Shown here piece after piece: positions 49,110 through 59,285 of a DNA stretch of 64,000 bases. Where the stretch lies: contig JAUFOQ010000013.1 in NCBI GenBank assembly GCA_040285855.1, forward strand, positions 558,001 to 622,000. Direction: 5' to 3'. Source of the stretch: Eukaryota sp. GEM-RC1 (lineage: Eukaryota). The first letter of the stretch is position 1. Each line of letters begins with the position of its first letter. A model generated the notes under the pieces. The model was given only the letters and a program-made list of their open reading frames with translations, had not been told where the DNA came from and searched no databases. The position numbers and the translations under genes were made by a program.

Positions 49110-49820
49110 TTAGTTAATTAAAAATGATTTAAAGTCATTCATGATGGTAACAGAGTCTAACATAGTTTCTTGCAGCATATCAGTTAGAGTTTCTTTCATT
49201 TGAGCAAATCCAGATGCCGCTTGTTGGAGAGCATTTTCAGTACACTTTCTGACGGTTTCTACAGCAATGGCTAGTTCTTGATTGATGGCATTAATGCCAT
49301 GTTCTACAGCAGATCTTCCTTCGTCAAACGGAAGCAAATTCTTCTTGTGCTGGTCGTGGTCCCCAAGGATAGCACAAATTGAGCAAAGCGCAACAGAACA
49401 AGAAGTACAGAAGAGGTCAAAGGATTTGGACGGATGGATCGGACATTTAGGCACAATGGAGGCGTGTTTCTTTTGCAGCGGAATTGCAACGTGGGTACGT
49501 AAGAGTTTCGGCCGATGAATGTCCTTAAAACATTGGTCGCATAAATCAGCGTCACATTCTGCGCAATAACAAGTGGCAACAGCTTCATCACACTCAATAC
49601 AAATAGACTCACCCTGACCAGCAACGAAGGCTTCAACAGCTTCTTTCAACTTGTAGTTAGGACACAGCCTTGACTTGTCCACTTCAGCTCTACAAATTGG
49701 ACATCCGTCATGAGAAACAAGCCACTCCTGTAAATCCGACATACAAAAGGTGTGGCCACACCAAGTAGTTACCGGATTCTTGAGAATTTCATGACATATA
49801 TCACATAGATAGTGAGACAT
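49110..49820 (-). CDS. TRIM-like RING finger / B-box1 / B-box2 / coiled-coil protein (putative E3 ubiquitin ligase N-terminal half)
   Basis: RING-like CDIC..CGHTFC..D..CPICR, B-box1-like CIEC..CYCAECDADLCDQC..IH..H, B-box2-like CPIH..FCTSCSVALCSIC..HDQH, then a helical heptad-like region. Confidence 0.92.
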   Translation of the reverse strand: MSHYLCDICHEILKNPVTTWCGHTFCMSDLQEWLVSHDGCPICRAEVDKSRLCPNYKLKEAVEAFVAGQGESICIECDEAVATCYCAECDADLCDQCFKDIHRPKLLRTHVAIPLQKKHASIVPKCPIHPSKSFDLFCTSCSVALCSICAILGDHDQHKKNLLPFDEGRSAVEHGINAINQELAIAVETVRKCTENALQQAASGFAQMKETLTDMLQETMLDSVTIMNDFKSFLIN

Positions 49821-50429
49821 TTTAAGGAGAAAATGGAACTTGGACTTCAGATTTCATTGTGGAAAACTAAATTCATTTTGTCGCACGACAATTTTTTTCT
49901 CCTTTCAGGTACTTTCTCAACCTCTTCAAACAGTTAAACTACCATTTATAAGCCGACTTCAATACCTGATCTTTGCAAAATTTCCATATACCCGATCTAG
50001 CTTAACCGGGATCATGCGTTTTTTCTTTTTGACATCCAGAAAGAGTAAAGAACAGAGAGTTTTGTTGTTGGAATGTTGCTGTTCTTAGGCAGCAAAAGAA
50101 ACAAAGGCTATACTTAAGACATGAGCTTACTCTTTTCATCACAAAGCATCTGTTCTTTTCGTTATCCTCTTGTGACTACGATTTTAGGTGTGGCTGTAGT
50201 TGTTGAATAAATTACCCTATCTTTTGGTATACCTCTTGTAGTTTCTCTCCTTTAAGAACGACCTTCTCTAAGAGTGTTAATGCTACTATTGTCGTGCCAC
50301 TGGTTTGAAAGGGTTCTTCTCTTCACATATTCTACGTATTACGATCTCAGAACATGTTCTCTGGATTTGTCTCTTTCAACATCTGTTAGATTCTCAATTT
50401 CCCCGGTTTCTGTTTCCAGTTACTGAAAT

Positions 50430-50915
50430 CAGTGTTGCACGAAACGTTTTCCTATCCCACGTTTCCGTTTCCGAAACGTTTAAGAAACGTTAATGACTCC
50501 AAGGAAACGCATCCGAAACCTCACTAAATGGTTCCAAAACTTGATGATTACCGGTAATGTCTTACGTATGTCTTAAGTATGTTCCATTCATTGTACTTTC
50601 TTGGTATTTATATGAATGTTACCAATAAAATTGGATGTACAGTAGCAAACCACTGAAACGAAAACACTTGCCGGCATAGCTGTAGTTTTTGATCCAATTC
50701 TCTCTCTAAATTTCATAACATCGGGTACAATCCATAACAACATGTATGACATCTGCTCATACAAAAGAACTGGTAAAAATCTATTATCCCAGTCAAATGG
50801 AATTTTTTCGAAGATAAATTGTTGGTGGAGAAAAATAGGGACGCAGAACCATAAATGACGTTTCGGAAACGGAAACGCGTTTCCATATGAATTTCACACG
50901 TTTCATGCAACACTA
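50430..50915. mobile_element. MITE / non-autonomous DNA transposon with hAT-like termini
   Basis: 17-bp terminal inverted repeats CAGTGTTGCACGAAACG / CGTTTCATGCAACACTA (2 mismatches). Perfect 20-bp internal inverted pair CGTTTCCGTTTCCGAAACGT (~50460 and ~50858). Many GAAACG subterminal motifs. No clean TSD. Confidence 0.7.
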
Positions 50916-53484
50916 CCAAATTTGTAATCCTGTTTGGCAGACTATCTTCTTCTTCAGTAACTCTCCGTTGCTTCCTATATAGTCTGATGCTTGTAACTAT
51001 ATCATCCTTTCTCCAAACACTTATAATTTACTTCCTCAATGTGACTACGATCATGTATTATCTGAAGCAAAGTTTGAGGTGCCTTAAAATCTCTACTACA
51101 TCCTATCTAAAACCTGTGTTTCTCCTATCGCTTCGTCACCAAGCATGGGTCGGTTAAAATCGTTTTTTTCGATTCTTCTCCATTACCTTGGGTTATATCG
51201 CACAAAGTAAATAGAATGTGTTATTTGTTTTTCAGCCAAGTTTTGGAGTATAACTACATCTACTGGTGAAGCAGTGTCACAACTACAGCCCTTTTCTCAA
51301 TGTTTCACAATCAAGAAACTAATGTTTCTCTGATAAGTTAGTCATTGATTTAAGTGAAATCATCAATGTTCAACAGGCCTTTGACTTTTGTGGCTTTATA
51401 TTGTCTGATGAAGATTTCCTGAATGGTATTAGTCCAATTCAGGTAAACGGTTTGGTAAACTTCATTTTAAGTAATGATTCTATAGAGTTTGAGGATCTTT
51501 TGAATATTATTGGAGTACTATCGGTTCCAAAATCTAAATCATTCTAATTGCTATCCATCAACATTCATTTGGTTATGTTGGGTGTTTGAATTCATTTTGA
51601 AACTGAGTTGGAAAGTATTACCCAAGATTCTCGGAGCGAATATTTTTTAATAGTACATGTAGATTCTTTTAAATTATTATAGGTATATTTATTGTTATGG
51701 TCACGACTCATGGTTCAAATGAGTAGAAAGGATAATCAACAGTTTCTTCAGTTCAATTTCTTCTATTTTTATAGATATTGAGGGCATATATGTGTACTGC
51801 GTGGGATGTCGACGTAAGATGGAAAACGAAAATCCATTAATTTGTTAATGATTGGACATATTGATTAGTCCGGCATTTACTTTGAAAATATGATCTCGAA
51901 CAAACTGGTGGATGTAAATGGGAGATTTTTGTTTCAAGAGAGTTATAGATTTCTAAAAAGCTCAATTATCATCTGAATTTCAGGTTTTTATGAACATGTA
52001 GAAAATTTCACGATGTGATACAAAAACACAAAATCTTGTTGAAATGACGCACAGATATCACAAGTTTCAGCATGTAATTGTATTAACTTGGGTCGTCGGA
52101 GTAGGTGGGTTTTAATATTTACAATATTATTAAAAATAATAAATTTAATATCTATGATATTATGTGACATATGATGAGTGAAGTCTGCAATCCATTAAAG
52201 CTGAATACGATGTAAAATGAAAGCAGCAGGCATTATATCATAGTAGCAGCTCTGGACAACATACTCCCTGTATGTATAGCGAGGATTTACTCGATGATGA
52301 AGCAAAAGTATGCGTCACTCCATTTGACTCCCACAGCCAGTTATCAGACATAACTGGCTGTATGATAGCCAGCAACATACAATCCCTCAAAGTAACAGAG
52401 GTCGTCCACAACGTACTCAACAAAAGGTAAGGTGGTTTTAAAATGTCCCAAGTATAGCCTCCACCTAAGAAATGTCTGTTTTCATGTTGCAACAATTCAT
52501 ATCATCTTCTTATCATCTTCTTTATACTTAAGTAGACGTATACGTTCACTGCGGTCCTTGATAAAAACTGTTACATTTTCACTACCTCATGCATCGCCTA
52601 CGTTGTTGGAGCTGCTTTCTCCTTCCGTTTTGAAAGAAAATGTAAGCATCTTCGTTTCTCCAGTATTGTTGTAGTTATAGCGTTGTGTAATTTCATATTA
52701 GGTTTTTATCTTCCCCCTTACATCTATAGCAGTTCTTCTCCGTATAAAGGTTCTCCTCTTTATAATATGTCCCATTATAGTGCACAAAGACCAATAGTAT
52801 AATATATTTCTTGTCATCCGTGAAGTTTGCTCCTTAATTTTTTCATTTGATTCCCTCTTGATCTCTTCAGAACAATGTATATTTCGCTACGTAGACCTTT
52901 CAATGACACTTGTCAATCTCTCTTAGTTACTTCAACTGTTGTCGAGTTGATTATTCAAATAGCTCCTCTTATTAGCAATTGCTCTTGCAGAAGTATTTTA
53001 TTGCAATACTTCAATGAAAAAAGTTACTCTGTCTGTGACTCCCGGTTTTATCGTTATGCTATTATTCTCTTTTCACCACTTTCAACTAATTCAATGTTAA
53101 ACTCAATTGATTTATCTAATTTTAAATAGTTCAAGTATTGAAAGTTTTTTGTTTCCAGGTTGTTGTGGTTTTTTTTCTACAATATTTGATAGTCTGAAGG
53201 AGCAGTCATATCTTAATGGAATTTTTTTGAAAATTTTAGCTTCAATAGTGCACATCTCACGGAGTTTTAAAATTCAATGATTTTTTGAAAATGATAACTT
53301 CAACGAAATGCTCCTCCGATTTTTAATTCTCTGGAATCTTATGCTTCCTTGTCAAAATTACTTCTTAAGCCGAACAAGTATCTCAACAACCAAGAACTCG
53401 AGTCCTTAGGTCAAACGTTGCAAATACTTGTTCATCTGTTCTAAACTTTCACGACATATTTATTAGTTCATTTCAGACTCAGCA

Positions 53485-54180
53485 TTACCCAATCCCAATA
53501 GTAACTTGCAGATGTTGCAAAGCTTGTTCAATATCTATTTTAGCTCCTAATCCTTCAAAATATTTAGAAGCCTCTTGAAAATGTAACCCCATGATCATTC
53601 TAGAAAGCACATCCCAAAGAATGTATAGCTTCCGCATTCCCCACGTGTGTAGCCACTGGTAGATAATTGAAACCTTTTTCAATAGCCGTTGTAACTCCTA
53701 GTTCTTTAGAACTACAATGATAAAGAATATAAAATACTTCATAATAACCGAATTCTGTGGTTTTTGGAATCACAACAGAGTGTCATTTAGACTTTCACCG
53801 ACTCTGCAAGAAACAATCTCCCAAATTAATACATTTCCCATATCAGCAGCTCTTGCAAAATTCTCTTCGACTCCTAAACTTGAACAATAGCAATTTGCTA
53901 ATTTAAAAATAGAATCAAACGTGATTGTGATTAGCACCTTCATTAAACAAGGTAAAAGCTTTTTCATAATTCGCAGTCACCAATTTTCTATGGAATAACG
54001 GCAGTCCTCCTAGATACAGTTGAATATCAATTTTGAGCTCTTTTTCACGTGATGAGCAGAAGTCAAAAGAAGTCTTTGCAGCAATGTAACTCATATAAGC
54101 CCCAAGATTAGTATATTTACGGATTTCTTATCAAAATTTAAAAACTGCATTAGATTCGAATCAAGTTTCTCCATGATCAA
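53485..54180 (-). pseudogene. Degenerate Sel1-like repeat gene
   Basis: Fragments SIFKLANCYCSSLGVEENF..AADMGN and YFEGLGAKIDIEQALQHL resemble Sel1 repeats. Multiple stops and frameshifts. Boundaries approximate. Confidence 0.5.
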
Positions 54181-54892
54181 TGAAAATTAAAATTTGAAAA
54201 GGTCCATAACAGATTCTTTGGAAAAAGCGTTGCCAAGAAGAAAGTCTAGCTAAGCCAATTTCAATCGGTCATACTTGGAAGTACATATCCAATTGAAAAA
54301 CTCTAAAATGTTTGAAATATCAAATTCAACACAGTTTTGTTAGTGAAAAGACCAAAAAATCGATCCAAAAACATTTTCAAATATACCCAAAAATTGATTA
54401 GAACATTCAAGACAAATTGGATGTCAAATCGACAAATTGACAAATAAATGCAGATGTAAACAAGTACCAAAAATGAATCAACTAATCAAACTTCAATTTT
54501 ATATACGTGTTTTTAAAAGACACCCACCCGTATTTAGGGCAAGATTCTAAAATTTAAAATTAACTGTTTTGGATACATTTCAATTTGTTTCACAAGCCTT
54601 CTGTCATTCTCTCAGTGACAAACTCACTTGCTGGAACTGAAGAAGAGAAGGAATGATGCAAAGCATACTGACATTTTCAGGAGTAAAGAGTTGACAGGAC
54701 TGAAAAGAAGATATCATTTAGAAGATGGGCAGAAATGTACTAAGTTGATGTCAGATAGGTATTTTTGTACCCAAACCCTAAATTGCAACCGTTTTATTTC
54801 TTTTTAGATGCAAGGTTCATGATTCAGTAAGGGATCAATTATATTGTGTGTGTGATCTTTAGTAAACTAACAGATGGACAAATTTTAATTTT

Positions 54893-57800
54893 CTAAGTTT
54901 TGAATGATTGCAAAGGATTCATCTTGATATCCGTGATCCCACTGATTTCTGGCTTTTTAATTTTTGAATTGCGTTTAAAAAACTGTTTAAACTGTTCTTT
55001 GTTCCTCATAAAGATATCCTCCGTCAATTCCAACAGAAAAGCAAACACACCAGACATACCAGCTACAGTACCAAGAACTGTCCCTGCTAAGGTCATAAAG
55101 GTACGTGATGCAGACCTATCAGTCATTAATGCTAAAGAGAATGAATGGAACTGAAACTCCACTTTAAAACCAGTAGCGTGGTGGAATTGAGTGTTAGAGA
55201 CAACAGAACCTGCAGAAGCAGATTCAAATCGAAGGTGATATCCTGTATTAGAATTGGAGGGTTCAACATTGTCAGTGAAGACAGAAGGAATTAACTCGTA
55301 TGAAAACACACTAGGATTATTCCCTTTCAAAACCATATTCTGAGGAGCACTCACTGAAGAAGAGATGTTAGAGAAGGCGTTAGGAAGTGAAGCAAATGTT
55401 GAAATGTTAACAGCGACTGCATTGGCGTACGATGCTTCGTTGTTTGATTGGATAGAAAGTGAACTGATTGAGTTAGTTAACTGACAATCAAAATCAACTG
55501 AAATGAGACACGAATCAACAGAAGTTCCATCACCTATTGATGACGTGATGGTTGCCGGACAATCCACACCATTAGTTTGCAGAACAAACGACTCATTGGA
55601 ACAACCAGTTGAATATCCTTGAAATTCTATAACAAAGAAACCATGAAAAGTAAAGTTTTTGGGTGTTAAAAAAGCTGGTTCTAAAGTTCGAGTATAAGAA
55701 ATATTGTCATATTGATATTCGAAAAACAAACTGCTTGCCATGAATAGAAGTCCTGCTATAAATAACCATGAATAAAATCCTCCTAGTTTAGTTTCTCGTT
55801 GGATAATTGGTTGGTTGTTTTCGGTATAATGACTTTGATTAAAAAAATCAAAATATCTAAAGAATGGTCCTTCACTTATGAAAACGGAAGCAATAATTAA
55901 CAGCGTCACAGCCAGAATCAGCAAATACAGAGCAATTGTTGAATATTCTTCTAGTTTTGCTAGTTGAGACGGTGGAAGTTCGGGTTGTTCTGAAATAAAA
56001 TCTACCGTTGCATCCTCGCTTGAAAGTGGAACAACACTTCCAACAGGGCAATACTTATCCTCTGGGCATGGTTCACAGTGAGAAGAACCATAGTTAGGAT
56101 TATAAGTAGAGAAAGGACATGGGATGCATGACTCAAATCCATTTCCACCAATGAAATCACTGAAAAACCAGGATCACAAGGTCTGCAACTAGTGCCATTG
56201 CTTGAATAAACACCATAAAGCCCATTCTCACAGGCAACGCAACCTCCAAGCTCATCAGCAGCACTACCAATAAAGCAATCAAATTCGCAATCAATAATCA
56301 GAAAATCAGAACAAGTCAGATTCATGATTGCAATTGCTGATAAAGGAGATGCTGGTGATCGCTCCCTGAGGATATGAGAATTACCACCATACCTCACAAC
56401 TGAGTTTTGAAATGCAACTACGGTATAATCAGTATCAGTAAAGAAATCATTATCACTAATGATTCCAAACGTGATACGGGAATCTTCAGTTTCCAATTTG
56501 GGAATACTGAAGAAATTTGTGATCCTAGGGATAAAGTCTCTATCATGACCACCAAAAATTAAAATGTTATTACCAAACTGAATTAAGTTGAAGGTGTGTA
56601 CCTGGTTTCGGAATCTAAAAGGTTGGTAAAACCATCTTTTTGATTAGAACCATCACGTGTTAAGCTATCAGGAGATATTTTCCATAAGTAGGTTTGATTG
56701 GCGTTGCGTGAATCATCCCGACCCCCAATCAGCATGACGTATGAATCATCAGTTTGGGCAACTAGAAGAGAACACCGATCCATTGGAGGAGGCCAGACTT
56801 CCTCTGACGTTTGAGAGATTTGAGTCCACCTGCCGGTCTGAAGATTGAGTGAGTAGAACTCAGAAGAACGTGACGAAGCAGTGGCACCTCCGTAAACTAT
56901 TAAAGAATGTTCATACACCGAACAACAAGCATAAGAACGAGGACTTGGAGGTGATCCTTCAGTGACAAACCAAGTAAATTCACGTGACACGTGGTCAAAA
57001 AAGATGACGTCATTGGTGAGATCAGAAGTTGAAACAGTTTCCCCTCCAAATTGAACAATTCTAGTACCGTATACAACGCTGCAATGACCAACACGGAGTG
57101 GTGGTGCATAAGAGCTTTGAACTTCTAGATAATTCCAAGAATACGTCATCAGGTCAAAATAATAGACATTCATATCACGTATATCACGAGAAAACGGACG
57201 ACTTCCTCCAAGTACAAACATCTTTGTTCCAACTACAACTGCTGAGTGGCCAAATGTCCTTGGCGGAGTCGTCATTGAAGGAGATACAAGGTTAAAGTCA
57301 GCATAGGTAGGTGTCATATCTAACAATTCAGGATCAAACTCCAAAATAGAATTCTCTACTTGATCAAAGTAATCACCACCAAACAGATACAGTTGATCAT
57401 TGATAACAAAAGGAACAGAACTCGAGTCCAACCTAAACATTGAACCATCTCTTCTCATTCTAAGCTGATCCCATGTCCAAGCTGAGATGTTGTTGTTATT
57501 AGTTGAAAGAACTTGTAGGATGGCAAAGTTAGCAACAAAGGGGTAAGTTGTGGCTATATCCCATCCTCCAAAGATGAGAAGCTTTTGATTAATGAAAAGT
57601 AAGAATCTGAAATTCTTGTTGGTGCACCCGTAATTATGTCAGTTATATTTTCATAAAGAGAATAAACTGTAGGTAAACTGTCATTTGACAAGTCAATCTC
57701 TACTGTTGCAATCCAGGTATGAAAATCATGACTAACTACCACAGCTCTCAGAGTAAACACGTGTGGTGACGTTTCAACTATGGACTGAACCACCATGTTT

Positions 57801-58414
57801 GCACCTCTGCGTCCCACTTCTAGTTCAATGTCTGAGAGAGTCTTGACTTCATAAAAAGTAAGAGTTTCAAAGTCAAACAGCCATAAAGCTGAGGTAGGTG
57901 TAGGTAGATAAGGGGAAGTAAGAGCAGGAAGTGTAAGCACAATAGCAAACTCGTGATCATTCAAAGAGAATTGAGAACTGGAAAGTACAGCTCTCAGAGG
58001 AAGTTGTTGGCCTTGTGGAGGGGTAGATCGCCAACAAAGAGACTCGAAACTCCAGATATAGATATCAGTAGAAGGAGCGTTGTTGAGTTCTCCACCGAAT
58101 TGAATTAGTTGAGATTTATGGTACCACAGAAAACCTCCAGAAGGTGGTAAGGTACCAGCAGATGGATACTGAAGCCAGAACTTAGAGCTCTCGGTTCCAG
58201 GGGTCAAAGACCAGTCTGTGTGAAGGAACCATAATTCAAAGAGATCGTCATCATGTTGGTCAATGCCACCCCAGAATGCAACAAGGTTCAAGTCATGCAG
58301 ATCGACAGTAAGAGTCCTTTGACGAAAAGAAGGTGGATTTCCACTAAGGGGGACCTGGTACCAAGTGGAAAAAGCGGTATGAGTGAGGAGCAGGAGCAAC
58401 AATAGGTGTTTCAT
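54893..58414 (-). CDS. Membrane protein with signal peptide, kelch-type beta-propeller repeats, Cys-rich (CxxCxxG) repeats and C-terminal transmembrane segments; one gene of ~1170 aa with 3 frameshifts
   Basis: MKHLLLLLLLTHTAFS signal. Repeated FGG/GH kelch motifs (PPRTFGHSAVVVGTKMFVLGG, PPLRVGHC..FGG). CVACENG/CRPCDPG/CIPCP/CEPCP repeats and hydrophobic segments. The four track ORFs join by restoring one T at ~57596, ~56585 and ~56165. Confidence 0.85.
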
Positions 58415-59181
58415 GAGCGCCTGGTAGGGTATATTTCCTGGGAAACTATGACTGAGAGGAAGACAGTTTGAAGAACAGAACAGGAAATGGCTGATTAACA
58501 GTTTTCTTGTTGAATTATTTCAACATAAAAAACTGCTGGTCTCTGTTTATTGCTGGGTTAACAATGCAATAGTTGTTCCTCAACGTTGGTTTTTTTACCA
58601 CAATTATATGAAGTCTTATTTCATACTCTAATGACAAGCACGTCTTGTCTTGTTTTTAATAGTTGCATGAATTGTATATTTTTGTCAAAAACCGGTATCG
58701 AATTATCTGATCTGGTTTAATTTGGAGAGTGTCAATGAAAGAGAAGTCTAGACGCTGTTATAATTTACAGTTCTTACAGTTTAAATTAATGTGAAGAATA
58801 GTAAACCACCCTGATTTGATACATTTTACTTGAAACAATTTCTCTCCTGTAGGATTGTTCAATATGAAGTTCATATTATGAACCCACTAGTATCATCAGT
58901 AGATACACGTCAGTCATAGCTTATATTTCAAATACCAATAAACATCCATCACCATCTGTTCACTCTGCACGGAACAAACCCTCGGTTTAGTGCCGGTCCA
59001 AACAGTGGCACTAAACCAAGGAAAGACTGTACCGTTACAAATATTTATTTACTTGAAATGAAGAAATCAATGTTATGTAATCCAACATTGGAAATCAATC
59101 ATTGATCTCGACTCTGTCTAGTTCTTGAACAAGTTGGAAGTTGGTTGTATTTGTCTTGTGCAATTTGAAATAGGTGTGAGC

Positions 59182-59285
59182 CAGCGTTGGAAGATACGCG
59201 TGGACACGTACGGACACGGACACGGTGTCTTTTCAAAAACACGCAAAAAGACACCATGTATCTACGTGTTTTTCTGCAAAAAACC
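59182..59285. repeat. Cluster of GGACACG/ACACG motifs, possible transposon end related to the 61970-62284 insert
   Basis: cagcgttggaagatacgcgtggacacgtacggacacggacacggtgtc. No partner end found. Confidence 0.3.

Larger units (their letters stand above)
1..49119 (-). repeat. Tandem array of 45 LRR cassettes (nested repeat: 84-bp modules inside 0.7-2.2 kb units)
   Basis: Recurring 84-bp unit (plus strand ...agaaactgaagaattcaccttcaaagcttcagcaattgcaatagctccttca...ccaattgagtt...) encoding VSxIxLxxNSIGxEGAIAIAEALKVNSS. Cassettes end in NSINSQTQQSLKxLxKNxxxF* and are separated by a conserved spacer of ~355 bp (short type) or longer (long type). Confidence 0.98.

Noticed and set aside
49080..49112. 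TAA/TAG reassigned to Gln, which would read RBCC through into the linker
   Set aside because: TAA terminates nearly all cassettes at the same cap and also the kelch gene, and the long ORFs contain no internal TAA/TAG, which fits the standard code.
49282..49636. ORFs overlapping the RBCC gene in other frames
   Set aside because: Shadow frames of a well-supported zinc-finger ORF.
49840..53130. Short ORFs (49840-50088, 50305-50493, 50713-50919, 51988-52170, 52238-52495, 52432-52674, 52875-53129)
   Set aside because: Short, with no recognisable motifs, and two overlap the MITE. Likely spurious or heavily decayed.
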